Shown: piece by piece, positions 27,401 through 41,400 of the stretch
Layout of the letters: each line of letters begins with the position of its first letter
Numbering within the stretch: the stretch's first letter is position 1
Translations under genes and position numbers: made by a program
The notes under the pieces: model-generated
Databases searched by the model: none
Told to the model about the DNA's origin: nothing
What the model saw: only the letters and a program-made list of their open reading frames with translations
Source: Camelus dromedarius
Taxonomy: Eukaryota
NCBI RefSeq assembly: GCF_036321535.1
Contig: NC_087436.1
Location: 67,086,001-67,150,000, forward strand
Direction of reading: 5' to 3'
DNA length: 64,000 nt

Positions 27401-30400
27401 AGTGAAGGTAAAATATATCCAAGCACCTGGCTTTACAGACAACAACAACAAAATCAATACATTCTATCAGTTGTACATCAGTTATGGTTTTCAGAATAGG
27501 TTTCTTAATTTGTGAATAATGCAAAATAATACCAGTATATACAAATGATACACAAACCTATGCAAAATAATTAAACTTCTACAGATCACCTCACAATTGT
27601 GTAAACTTTAGAGTATTGACACAAAGCAATTGGCACTGGGTGAAAAATGAGATTGCCAAATGCAATTTTCCAAGGTAGATAAGAAATCTTTTTCCCAATA
27701 GAACATATTTTATGTGCTCTCTATTCTTAATTTTTATTTGGTAAGAGCATTTGGAAATATACCATCCACATGTATGATTTATTCACATGGGCTGCAAAAC
27801 AAATCCTTAAATAATGTGCTTTTTAATTTGTAAGAAATATACTGTACATTTTACATGGTCTGTTTATTTTACTCTTTAATCTGTCTTTTTGAAATCAGAA
27901 TTATTTCTGAAAAACAAAACAATGCAATCAGCTCAAAGTTGTAACTTTATTCTGCCATTTTTGGGAGGGGTCAGTGATCCATATATATTTTGGAGCTTTG
28001 AAAGAGAGTGGAGGTCTGGAAGTTAAATTCATGTTATTGTTAAAATTTTAAGATTTGAAAAAAATTAAATCAGAGGCAGCAGTGTGAAAAAATGAGAGAA
28101 CGAGAGCTCTTCTAAGATCTATCACTAATTGTAATTTTTACAAAATCAGTTGAGCTAAATTTTAATACTTATCATGCGATTAGAGATGAGCTTTATTTCT
28201 CTTTTAGAACTAAAATTCTATTTGTTGATATAATCACACTCTGTAGCAGTAACAATTTTTCAGCAGCCTGATGACTTAACAGTACATTGTTTCAAGAAAT
28301 ATAAATCATCAAAAGAATTTTAAAAAAACACAATTTTTTGGCACATTTTACTGCTCATGGGAAATTTCCTGATACTTGAGTTCATCAATAGTGACAACTA
28401 ACGATTAATTGTGTTTTTCCTCACTACAGATTTGAAGGAAAATACTGACTACAACCAGCATTTAAGACCCCAGGAAACATCATTGTTTTTTCTTCAAAGA
28501 GCACAGACTTTGGATTTACCAAAGCAGCATAGGTTAATATCTTGATATGCACACTTAAAGGAATGTGTGAAGACATAAAACCAGTCCACACAATAAGAAA
28601 GAATTAAATAGATGTTGCATGGTTGAAGTCTTCAACAATACTTTGAATTGCTTTTTTAATAGAATTGAATAGTATGAAAAAACTTAAGCCTATTCAGTAT
28701 TATTACAACTTTATTTCATTTACTGTCCTTTGACAATTTAGAAATTTTAATAAAACTGTTTTTCAAACTTAAAAAAGTGAATAATAATTTCTCACAGCAC
28801 ATGATAATAGCACATTGTTAGAATCTACCCTGGGATTAGAATGTAATGATTTGATTTTGATGATACAGGCTGATCTAGCATGCTGAACTGGGTGTTCTCT
28901 ACGTGAAAGTTACTACTGAAAGAACTAAAGATTTCAGATATTTGTTTTCAGGACGGGCTGTAGGCTTTTTATCAAACTATATGAATTGAAACTGAAATAT
29001 CTGCTAATATGGAAGATTAGTAATACCAAACTTCAGTTTGATTTAGAGGCTCATTTTAAAGGCAAAAGGAAATTTGGAAGTGATGCTACAAGTAAATTTC
29101 TACACAGTTCATCATAGTAAAAAGATGGAAATAAGAAGATCTTATAAAATCTAGCTAGTAGCATTAATATTGTTGTCAGCTGCTATGGTCTATGGATGGG
29201 AGTGCAGAATGACAGATTAAAAAAAAATCTAGTTAAACCAAGTGTTGATTCATGTGTCCTAGGTAGTCCCTTCTTATAATTGTATTGAAAGACAGTGATC
29301 TATAAATGTAAATCTCCATTGTTTTCAAAGATCCTATGACAATGTCCTGATTTGTTTTGTCTTCTTTATCCCTCCCCTCTCTTTACAAGCACACACACAT
29401 GAATACTCACTCACTCACACAAATATGGACACACAGAATCTTACAAACTAGCAGGTGTGCCACCAACATATCCATATCAACACAAATCCTTCATTTCTGC
29501 CTTTGTATCAGAAATGAAGCTTGACTCAGAACAGATGAGATAACTCAGATTTAAAAAAAAAAGAGAGACAAGACAACAGATAAAAAATACAAAGATTAAA
29601 ATTGTAGAAAGTGGTTTAGCAAAATATATTTCTTTGTTTATCCTCTTTTTGAACTCTTACTTTTCTGCTGTTACTGTTTTTACTTCTATAAATATTCCAT
29701 TAGATGTCAATTATAATAAAGATGGAATAAAAAGAAATAAACATTCTAGTTTCTTTTGCTGTCCTAAAAGTTTGAAAATGCAGCCTTTCTGAAATTATCT
29801 TTAGAAACTCTATTTCTCAGTAGCACCTAGAAGATTCAGCTCTCTAATTTTTATTTCTACAGTAATAATTAAATTCTAAAATTATAAAAGAAGTCACAGA
29901 AGAAAACGATACACAACTCAAATATACTTCAGGGGGTAAATCTATTGTTACTATTTGGTGAATATCATTAAAGATATTTCTTTATGCATCTGTACATAGA
30001 ACTGTGGTTATGGATGGGTAGATGCAGAACAAACAGATAGCCTGATAGATTTTAAAATAAGATCATACTTTTAAAGGTATCTAAGAATCATTAAAAGGAA
30101 GCAAAGAATCCTTCTTAGCATGAAAGTATTAAGGCAGAGTGCTGTTTTTTAGTCAGTTTTCTTTCATGTATGCCGTATATTCCAAAACACATAGGTTGGT
30201 GAAAGGAAGAGCTTGGTTTGTGTGTAGCTTCTGAAAATTCCAGACAGACATTCACATCATGTTCTATAGAACTGCCTAATTTCTGAGGTTAGGCAATGCT
30301 ATACCCTTGCCTGCCTTTCTGTGCTATTTCTTTCTAGAGATTCTTAGACATACAAACAAACAAACAAACAAACAAGTATATATATTACAGTTTATTTCAT

Positions 30401-32649
30401 TCAGTCAGGGCTTATTTCAGTCTCATGAGTTTCTGCTCATGTTCCCAATTCCTAAGCATGCCTGAAAAATGACATAATCAGAAGCCATTCTCTGGTACTT
30501 TCCCTGGTACCATGAGTATGCAGTGCTATATATACTTAATGTTTCTGCCACAGCAGTCTATTCATAACTCATCCATCTCCATCCTAATCAACTCTGAGGT
30601 GGGAAGGCACTGATAAGGATTCTTAGAATTAATTCCATTCACTAGCTTCTCTCAGTGTTGTTTGGCTGGAGGAAGCCAAGTAGTCCTGATCTAGTCTTTT
30701 GTTTCTTTCCTTGATAGCTACATTTTCCCCTCTTAACAGTTTATTTATTTTTCTCTTGTTTATTTGATATTGGTACATATAAGAAATTTTTATTTCAATA
30801 TTTTTTTATTTCATTGTGTATTGGAAAAGAGAGCATCTATAGTTCTGTTTTATTCTGCCTCATCTACCCCAAATTCAGATTTTAATATCATATTACATTT
30901 GTGTGTGTACACAGACACACACACAAACACCAATAGAAGATGTATGTAAGTTACAGATATAAAATACACTACTTGCTAAATCTTATTTCAGACATTCATT
31001 ATACTAAATTTTCATTTTTTTCAAAAGGAAAAATGCCTACCAAATTATAATTTATGCTTCTTCACCACTTTATGAACTTGTGTTGTACATCATTTCAGCC
31101 AGGTGTTGGCAAGATAATCATAATCTCAGCATGCTTCACTAATTTTAACATCATTTTTAAAGTATTGTAAATTCTTCACCTAGTCCAGAGTCTCTACCTT
31201 AGCTCCATGAATAACATATAGTAAATCTTTGAGCATTCATTAACTAAATGTTATTCAATGAGTTATTTTTTTAAATATACAGTTTTATTATTGTAAATAA
31301 TTGCTGGATTCACCAAGTAAACAGAGAACAAATAAGTCCATAAAATGTAATATTAAAATTAAATTAAAATCCCATAATGACTGACAGCTGAAGGATAATA
31401 GCATATTATATTACACTAAGGCTGCCAGCAGTCAAAGAAATCATTTTTCAGCTTTAATATTCAAATGACATAGCAAGAGTTACATGTGTCTTATACCTAT
31501 AACTACTTTATATTGACATCATTAATCCACGTCAAACATTTTGGCATTATAAAACTCTTTATCATATAAAACGTTACTGTCATTTGATTGAATTGGTTTT
31601 TATTTTTCTCCTTCTCTTTCATCTTTTTTTCCCTTGAAAATATAACGGTCAAATACTTGTCTGATGTATATGACACTATATACTCTAAGCTATTTACATC
31701 AAAATATTTGTGTTCCTCTAATGTTAAGCATATAAAACATTAGTACATGTTCTATTACTAGTTAACTAGGTTGGAGAGATACTGCCTGTTGAAATCAATG
31801 CTTGACAACTGTTATCAGCATATTAAAAAGTCAGAGTAGGCCTACACTAAAGAAAAATAAATGTGTAACTTCATTAAGTCTAGTAGTTACCAAACTTTTT
31901 GAACTAGATGATTTTGCATCTTGTAGAGCTAACTAGGAAAGTGCACTTTGTTGTTTTAGAGAAGTGGTCACAGAGGGATTCTCTGAGGATATCTAAGGTG
32001 AAGGGTAAAGAAGAATTAGCTAAGCAAATAAGGGCTGAGATAAAAAATTGTATAGGTGTTTAAAATGTTTAACAAGCTGTCTACAAAACTACACTGGCAC
32101 TGACCAGTCAGAGGATCCTCATGCTGTAAAACTGGACCCAGATCCTAGAAATTAATCCTAGAAACCCTTCTGTCCTGGCATTAACCTCTTTCTCTCTGCA
32201 TCATGGGGCATTCTGAAGTCCCAGGGAAGATGTTAAAGTAGCTCAAGCAGCAGATAGTGGGAAGCTTAGGACCTCAGGAGATGGGTGTTTAGCAATCAGC
32301 ACAGAGATATTTGAATATTTTAACAGAAGTACAACAGTTTATGGCTGAACTGCAATCCTGTATAAGACTGACTCCACCTAAAGGACAAATCAGAGAAAAG
32401 GAACAGAGATCATAGGAGATATGTCATATTTTTTCAGGAAGTTTTTATTTTTAATTAAACAAGCTGAACTTTTTCATCTTGTGAAAGTTCAATAAGAAAT
32501 TCCCTTTAAGGGAGATGTAGAGGACATAGCCAGTCACTGCCTTTGGATTATGATGTAACAAAATCATTTCTGATTCTATCAAGGTGTTACTCCTTGAGAT
32601 TCTTTTCACAGTTGATAACTAAAGACTGTGCAGATGACATTTATCTGGC

Positions 32650-33140
32650 ATAGAGAGTTAGAATTCTTAATTTGGGTTCCTCTGTAAGCTAATGCTGAGA
32701 CACAGTATTTCAGCACTAGTAGTTTTGGGGAGAGGTACTGGGAATCTTGCAGAATGAGAAAGCGTTACAGGGAGGAGAAGGTAGTTAGAGTGTATATTAG
32801 TAAGTCAGTCACCACAATAAGAAACTGCATTGTATTTCCTCTTAACATCTGACTCAGAATTCTCTCTCTCAAGGGGTGAGGGCTCTGTGCTATTTATTTA
32901 CAGATCAACTTCTTGGGGTCACTGATTGAGAACTACTTCAGGGGAAAAGAGTGATGTTAATTCACTGGTATACTTCTTCCCAGGTGAACACAGGCAGATC
33001 CTTTTTCCAGTGTTCTGGGGAAAAAAAGTGCTCAGATCCAGAAATGCAGAAACTAGTACCTGAAAGGTCATAGGCATATGGGTGACTACTGATGGCTTCT
33101 GTATTTAGGGCTACAAGTTGGACTGGCCTAGGGTGGCCTA
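32650..33140 (-). mobile_element. Old ERVL-class LTR (LTR16/LTR33-like)
   Basis: TTGGGTTCCTCTGTAAGCTAATGCTGAGACA..GGGAGAGGTACTGGGAA. Highly decayed. Confidence 0.45.
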
Positions 33141-33689
33141 ACCTAAGTCTCAGTGGGAGAGGCAGATCATGCAACTTCTTTAATCAAACCACCCAAAAGA
33201 AATGTGGTGTAACCTAGCATAGGATAGTGATCTGAGCTCAAAACAAGGAACTCAAGATCATGGCAGGGAAATGTTTCAGTGTGTCTTCTGATTAATTCTG
33301 GTAGATCTTCCAAAGCCATTCTCCTAACCCAGGCTTTGTGTTCTGGACAACATGCCTGAGAATGGGAATAAAGGGGGAAGTCCTTGGTGGCCTGTGAATA
33401 GAACTGAGGCAGTAAGGAATCACTACATTGTAAGAATGTTATTTGTGTGAATACAGAATGCCAGCTCTCGACAGCAACATCAGATATTAGTAGCAGATAG
33501 GTGAGCTATGAAGTATGTTCTCTCCACTTGAGTATGATATTTGAATGAAAAGTTGACACCATGGTCCTGGAATGTTTAATAATTCTGGATATGTGAGACA
33601 CCCACAGTGGTTAATGAATTTCCCACTTATCTGGAATGAATTTACTTGAACTAAATTTATTTTGAGTTGAAAAATGAAGGTGAGAAACT

Positions 33690-35120
33690 CCATAATCAAG
33701 AATTTTGAAATAACACTTACAAACCAATGAAAAAAGACAGCCCATTATAAGAATGGATAAGACTTGGATACACTCTCCTTGAAAAAGATAGCTCAATGAT
33801 CAAAAACCATTAATATGTGGCATTAGTATGTAGAGGAATGCAACTAAAATCACAATGAGGTATCACTACTGAAAAACTTAAAGGGTAAACATTAAAACTA
33901 ATCACTACAAGTCTTGCTGAGGATGCACAAAACTAGAAACTTTCATGCTTTGGGTGACAAGAATATCTCAGTTTGTCTAATAAAATCTTGGCTAAAGTTA
34001 ATTTTTCCAGCATATTTTTTTCTAAAAGGGCTACATTTTTATTTTTCAAAGTATCTTATTTTAAACAATAAATTATATAGGTAAATCATCTGACCTGTTG
34101 GTTGAAGTGGAACAACTATGTTTAAAAAGTCTTGCATTTTCTATTAAAGTGTAAATTATGCATAGCCTACCCTTTTTTCCCCTTCCTTTTCCTTTCTTTT
34201 TATTCTTGAAATTTTCTGTCTACACGCCATTATGTGAGGACACAGAATCTGCTGCAGATGAGAGGACTTTGTGGCCTAACGTGAGATTGAGAGCCCAAAC
34301 AGGGAGAGGGGATGTACTTAGGCTGGAGTGCTCTGCCACAGGGTGCTGAAGCCTGAAGAGTGTGACCGTCAGGTGTTGCACTTTTGTTTCATGGGTTGCA
34401 CTAGCGTAGAGTACTGGAATCCGAGTGGGGCATGAAAGGCATTTGGATAGACAGAGAGTATTATTGGTGGTAGTAGACTGGTTATAAAGGAGAGGTGTAC
34501 TCATAATAGCTAGCTTAGTAAGGATAATTGGAGCAAGATTTCTCACTGTCAGAGAAGGGAGTTAAAATATGGAAAAGGAAAAAAATCAGAATAAACCTCA
34601 GGGACTGGATTGGAATTGGAGTGAGCTCATGGTTTTTAAATTATGGAAAGAATTTAAGTGGCCATCAACTGTTGAATGGATAAATTATATTATACTTACA
34701 GGATGGAATACTAAACTTCAATAAAATAACTAATTTCCAGCTATATGCAACAATATCTGTCAATCTCATAAATATCTTTGAACAAATTATGCCAGACACA
34801 AAAGAATACATATAGTATGATTCTATTTATGTCATGTTAAAAGTCAGGCAAAAATGGGGTTTAGGGATGCATGTTCTGCTGGTAAAAATATTTTTAAAAC
34901 TTGGAAAGAATTAAAATCAAGTTCCGAATAGTGGCTACCTTCAGAGGAATGAAACGGTGATTTGAGTAAGGGGCATGAGAGTGGTTTCTGGACTTTTGAC
35001 AATTTCCTAACCTGAGCGAAGGCTACCTAGGTATATGTATTCTGGTAAATCATTGAATTGCACAATTTTGTTTTAGGTACTAGTTTTACATGTGGTATAT
35101 TTTACTACCAAAATAAAGGT
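33690..35120 (+). mobile_element. Cluster of decayed L1MC/L1ME 3' fragments
   Basis: GGAATGCAACTAAAATCACAATGAGGTATCACT; GCAAGATTTCTCACTGTCAGAGAAGGGAGTT; GCCAGACACAAAAGAATACATATAGTATGATTC. Confidence 0.7.
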
Positions 35121-35171
35121 GATATGACTGTGAAATGGGGCAAATGGCTATGTTAAAAAATATAGTAATCT

Positions 35172-35250
35172 GGTGGGGAGAGTATAGCTCTGGGGCAGAG
35201 CATGTGCTTAGCATGTAGGAGGTCCTGGGTTCAATCCCCACTACCTCCAT

Positions 35251-35290
<40 letters not shown>

Positions 35291-35322
35291 ATATCTAATT
35301 ACCCCCCTCAAATAAAAAAAAA
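35172..35322 (+). mobile_element. Full-length tRNA-Ala-derived SINE (camelid Vic-1-like)
   Basis: GGGGAGAGTATAGCTC..GTGCTTAGCATG..GGTCCTGGGTTCAATCCCCA with A and B boxes, then (TAAA)n, CTAATTACCCCCC and an A tail. Imperfect TSD AAAAAATATAGTAATCT / AAAATACATAGTCATCT. Confidence 0.92.
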
Positions 35323-36989
35323 TACATAGTCATCTTATGCTTGACTAAGGTTTTACAGTTTTCATAGATTCTAACTCATTTATGATCTAAACTAATCTTC
35401 ATAATAAACTTATAATTGGATATTATTATTCCTGTAGTACAGATAAAGAAAATAACTCTCAGAAAGATGAGATGACTTTTCATCTAGGAAGTAGTAGAGC
35501 CAGATATAACTTGGTTGTAAGATACAAGTTCAATACTCTTTTTTACCATAAGCTCTAGTGCAGTGCCTGACATAGAGAGAGCAATCAATGAGAGTCATTG
35601 AGTTAAAACATAAGATATGGATGGATGTCTTCTTCCGTGCCCCAGCAGGGCTCTGTTTATTCATCTATTTCTGTAACTATAGCGCTTTATTATAAATGAG
35701 TATTTATGTCTGCTTTCCCTCTTGCACTAAGTTCTTTGGGGCAAGGATAGCACCTTATTCATCTCTGCATTATTGCTGCCTAGCATGTCTGCCACAAAAT
35801 TCTATTCCTATGAATAGAAGCTGAATTAATAAATAACCTACTTGGAAAACAAATGTTGACAACATACATCGAGAAAAATCAAGAGAAAATAACTGCTTAG
35901 CTTCACGGGGCTTACTATACATATATAAGTATATGGATACACTGCAAAGTATTCATTCTTCCTAGAAGCACTTCTCAATTCCCTGCTCAAGGCTTGGTAT
36001 AGAGATCTGAGGTTTAAACTTTATAAAGATAGTGATGCTATGCTAGCTGTGTGCCAATAAATCCTCTTCCAGCAATTAAAATCCTATAATTGCTTTATTT
36101 CCTAAATTCTGTAATTAAAAATCCAATTTTTTCTCATTTGAAAGAAGGAGCAAAAATGAATGTAGAATTACATTTTAAAATAAAAGTTTTTGCAAATGTG
36201 CTCCAATTTTTACTTCAGCTTTGTACTTGTATACAATGGTATACAAATGCCTAATTGTATGAGAATAAACTTTACAAATTACCTTTGATATCATTTTTAT
36301 TAAATGACTCTTTTACTTTTCCTAGACTACTTTTCTTTTCCTTTGCTTTTCATCTTTATACAGAATCTACCTGAAGTGAATATTAGGGGGAAAATCAAAG
36401 CAAGGAGATACGCTCTACAAACTATAGGTCAATATAATTTAACAGCAAAAAACCCTTGATTGTACTCAAACAGTAAGAGATATAATTGATTTAAGTTTTC
36501 CCTCTGGCCCTCGAAGAATCAATAAGAAAATGTTAAAACATAATTATAAGTGTATTAAGACCAGTGACAGGGTTGATCAATATGACATTTATATTGTATT
36601 ACCTATTAGCAGAAAATTACAAGTTAGAGTAACAAGGATATAACTAAATAGTAACAAAATGCGTTTTGCATTAGAGATATAGCTTGAAAGTTTCTAAAAA
36701 TTATTCATATTCCACCAAATTAACAACTTATTGTGGCCTCATTTATACAGAGACAAAATTTTGATTGCAAAAATGCCCATTGCAATGAACACAATCTTCT
36801 CACATTCAAAATTTTATCTTTTTACATATAAATGAAGATATAAGTTTATTCCAGATGTTTCAAGTATTAACTTGAGATTTCTGATTCTGACCATGTTGGA
36901 TATTAAATGTAACCCCTTGCTGTAAACAAATATAAAAAGACAAAATACATTTTTGGCACTGGACAACATTAGATAGCACAGGACTGTGG

Positions 36990-38446
36990 TCCTTGGCCAA
37001 AGGGAAACATATGGGGTGAGCTCTGCAGTCATACAGGCTTTTTGCATGGGGGCACATTTGAAACCACAGTACAGGGAAGTGAAGCTTCACAAGTAGTGAC
37101 GTTAACTAGGTAGAGGAAATAGACTGGAGTTCATGGCTGCTGAAGCTGACGGAATTTACTGGAGTGGCTAATGGAGAGGAGAGATCTGTATAGACAATGA
37201 GCCACATACATTTTTACAGAGAGTCCTTTGAGCCTTTGGCCAAACACTAAGCTTCATATATTCAATACAAGATCCTGCTAATCCTGGTAGAAGGCACATA
37301 CTTGGGAACTACAAGCTGAACGCAGATTTTGGAAGTCACATGTTATTGAAAGATGTTAGACTTCTGGCCTACTAGAATGGAGGAAACAGAAAGAAAACTC
37401 CAAGAATTTCATCAGAACCTCAGGAAACCCACTCTTAGGATATATGGCTATTTATGCTCAGAGTATGGTTTACTATAGATCCACCCAGTCAAAGCTTAAA
37501 AACTAAGCTTTGTCAGGATAAATATGAGCCATTATATGCTAACCACCTCTCAGAAATAAGTTTAGTATTACTAGTAGAAAACAACAAAATTTAAATATCC
37601 TCAAAACATGACAACTACAATATCTAGCAAACAGTAAAATATTACTAGATATAAAGAGGCAGGTAAATATGACTTAACCAGGAGACAAAAAAAGAGTCAA
37701 CAGAAGCAGAATTAGCAAGAAAATATCAGTAATTCTGGAGACAGGTCAATAGAAACCATGTAACCGAAGAACAGAATATTTTAAAAAATACTAAAAAAAA
37801 AAAAAAAAAAAAAAAAAACATGAGTAGAGTCTCAGTGTTGTTTTGGACAATATCCACAGTCTAACAAATGCAGTCTGAGGCAAAGAACAGAGAAGAGAGA
37901 TGGGAGCACAAAAATATTTGAAGAAATAATGGCTAATTTTCCCCCAATTCTGATGAAAATATCAACACAGATTCCAGAAGAACAATGACTCTTAAGTGAG
38001 AAATGCATAAAGATAACCACAGCTAAGCATATCACAATAAAATTTCCAAAACAAAGATTAAGAAATATTGAAGGCAACTAGAGGAGAAATTATATACAGG
38101 GTGGTAACAAAATAAAAGTTTGCTGACTTCTTTTCAGAAAAATGTAAGCAAGAAGGCAATATATAACATTTTAAAGGGCTAAAAAATGAATTGATCTAGA
38201 ATCCTATGCCCAATGAGACTATCATTTGAAAATGGAATAAAATACTTTCAGATTAAAAAAAAAATCTTTGGAATTTGTCACCAGTAAAACTGCCTTACAA
38301 GAAATAGATGGTATCATAAGAAAACTTAGATCCTTTCAAATGGTGAGTACTGAATGAGGTAAATATATGAGGAAATACGATAAAATTTTCCCCTCATTTC
38401 TTAATTTCATCAAAATATAATTGATTGTTTGGTGTAAAAATATAAG
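36990..38446 (+). mobile_element. Old L1M 5' UTR/ORF1 remnant
   Basis: AAAATATTTGAAGAAATAATGGCTAATTTTCCCCC..CTGACTTCTTTTCAGAAAAATG..CTAGAATCCTATGCCCA. Confidence 0.75.
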
Positions 38447-41400
38447 TGAGGTCTGGGGCTGAGCTGGGGATGGAGAGCTGAATCAGTCTCCATAAAAAAT
38501 GAAGGAGTCTGAATTTTGTTTTCTTTGCTTTGGGTGGGGAAAGAAAAAGGCAAGAAACTCGGGTGAGGGGGTTCTAGGTCCTGGACATAAAGGTGCTGGG
38601 AGCTGGGAAGAAGTCAAAGCTGGAAAAGGAGACCAGCAACCTGGATAAAGAATTTTTCCCTTAACCAAATGATGCTTTACATACACATATTTCCCAATTT
38701 TTACTGTTTTGTTCCTGTGCTTTTTGAAGTGTTTAATTTTAATCACGGAAATAGGATTGAGTTCCACATCTTGACTTGTGAAACAGAAGAAAAAAGACAG
38801 CCATAAAAAGGGCTGAGGAGCAAAAGGAATTGCGTCCTTAGCAAGAGCAGGAACTCAGAATCAAAAGTAGCTGTATTAACCAGAGTCCTTTACAAATTCA
38901 TGGAAATGTTGAGGTCATTGTAAGTCCCATAAGAAGCAGACGGATATATCCAATTGTGTTTAAAGTCCCAAGAACAGAGTAACACTGGCTAACATCTGGG
39001 TCACATTCCATTGACTGATTCAGTGTATCTCAGGAATCAATTTGACCCAACACTGTTAATTTCCTTCAGTTTAATAGATACATAATTTTACTAAATATCT
39101 TCTAATTTTTTGTTCATTTAGTACTTCAACATTTTTTGAGACACTAATGTGGGTAAATGCTTCGGGTACAGATAAGTTAATCAGAATTCTTCTCATAATG
39201 AACACTCAGAGAATATTCATAATCATTTCAAATAATAATATAAGGTAGAAGGAGTTAAGGGGCACAAACAGGAATAAATAAAGCATTATTGATGTTCAGA
39301 TGAGAGAGAAATTTCTTCCATTTGTAAAAAAAAGGAGATTATCAATGGAAAAAACAGAATTTGCATTGGGCCCTGGGTAATAGGAAGGATTTGATCACAT
39401 GGTTGTGGGATTCTATTCAGAGTAAGGAGGTGCAAAAGAATGGATGTAGGAAGGTACATGGGGAATATGGAGGACATCAAGCTTTTATATGTTGTGGTGT
39501 GTGAAGAAGAGAAAAAGGTGAATGAATTATAAGGCTAGAATAGAGTCAGTTTTCAGGAACCGTGACTGTCAGTCCTAGGAGTCCTGTTCTTGATCAAGAA
39601 GCATTCTTTGCAGGGTTTTTTTAGGGGTGGGAAGTAGGGAGTGGGAGGGGGAGCTTCTGAAACTCTCCTTCAGCAATATAATTCTAACAGTGTCTTAGAT
39701 ATTTTGCATAATATTTGGGAAACCATTGCTAAAGTCCTTGAAGAACTCACTTGAATTAAGGAGACTGCTAAGAAATGGCTCATGGATCAGAAAGATTTCA
39801 GAAATAGGATGTGTAAAACTAGGCAATACCCAGTTTCTCCATCTGTTAATGTCACCAATAATTCCATGATTATTAAAGATGAATCATAGGCGTCATCTCA
39901 GATATCACCCTTTCTTTTATCCACATAATTAATCCGATAATACATTCTTAATCTCTCTACCCTTTTCCACCTCCAACAATACCACCTGACGTTCTTGTTT
40001 TCCCTGATTCCACTACTGCCCCCTTCCAGCTCACCTCCACTAAACAGCCAGAAAGAACTTTTAAAAAAACTCAATTCAGATCATCTAATTCTCCAGTGTA
40101 AATACTTCATCAACCTGACATAATACTAACAATATAGTTCTAATTCCTTACTACGGTGTGCAAATCCAACTTGATCTGGCCCATTTAATTTTACAGCTCA
40201 TTATATTCTGTTCATACTTGCTTTTTAAATGCTCTGGAATAGTCCAAGTTTTTTCCTACTTCTAGAACTTCACATTTGTTTGTCTTTCTGGCTGAAAGTC
40301 AACTTTTAGCTTTGTTGCACAGCAGGCTCTGGCTCATTCTTCAGTAGTCAGTCAAATGTCATCTCTTTAGTGTCACCATCCCTGATGATTCTATCTGAAG
40401 TACCCATATCACCCCTAACATTTTATTTTCTATCATGCAAACATAAAAAATTCTTTATGGCAATTAACACAGTTGTTTCTTCCCCATCACCATTTTTTTT
40501 TTTTTTTTTTTTTTGCTTCCTAGCAATAGAGCAGTCTAAAACTATCTTGTTCCTGTGTTTATTTACTTGCTTATTCTTCTCTCAGGATATAGCTCCTATG
40601 TTTTGTCCTTATCTGTATCCAAGGACCTAGAAAATTGCCTGCTACTTGGAAATTGTTCAGTGAGCATTTTAAAAATTAGTGGATAAGTGACTGCAATAAA
40701 ACAGGGATATTTATTAAAAGCTACTATAAAATATACTGTTTGACTAGGAGAAGGGTTTATTTTTAATAGAACTAATGAATTGGCAGTGGAAAGGTTACTA
40801 AGAAAGGGAGAATAACAAACTAACTGTGAGATGCAGAGGTTAACAAAACTGATTTTAGCATGTAAGTTCCAGAGGTACAAAAAACACTATGGGCATATAA
40901 TGTAAATAAAGCATGCCTCTGTTTCTAGAATTTTCCATATAGTAGCTTATAGCTCTGTGAGTGTAGGCAAGTGTAGAAAGGCAATAAAGCAGATGTCCTC
41001 AGTTACAGCTTTAGTTCCTCTGACCCACTAGGTCCTGCTTCCCAGAGTGCCTACAGTAAGTGCGATCTCATGGCCTGTAAAAGTGTATACGTCAGGGGCT
41101 AATTTAAAAAGAGATGACACACTCAAATGGGTTATAGAAGGAACCACAGAAAGTGTGGGCATAGTTAATGAAAATCAATATAGGATGGTTAAGCACAGTG
41201 GGAACCTGTTATCATGCATATGCATGTAGGGATAACAGGAGAGAACAGCTGTCTGAATGCAGTTAACCTGCTGTTCAGTAAGGAGGATGCTAACAGAATA
41301 AGAACCATTACTTCATTCCTCTACTGTCCATTATAAACTGATGATTTTGCTCATTGGCCAACCCAACTAAAAACCAGAGGTCAAGAGAAGCTCTTGCTTT

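Noticed and set aside
35175..35249. tRNA-Ala gene
   Set aside because: Mismatched stems, an A-rich tail and a TSD mark it as a SINE.
38447..39000. Abrupt switch from L1 to G-rich unique sequence, a possible captured fragment
   Set aside because: No poly(A), TSD or recognisable source. It may simply be the L1 boundary.
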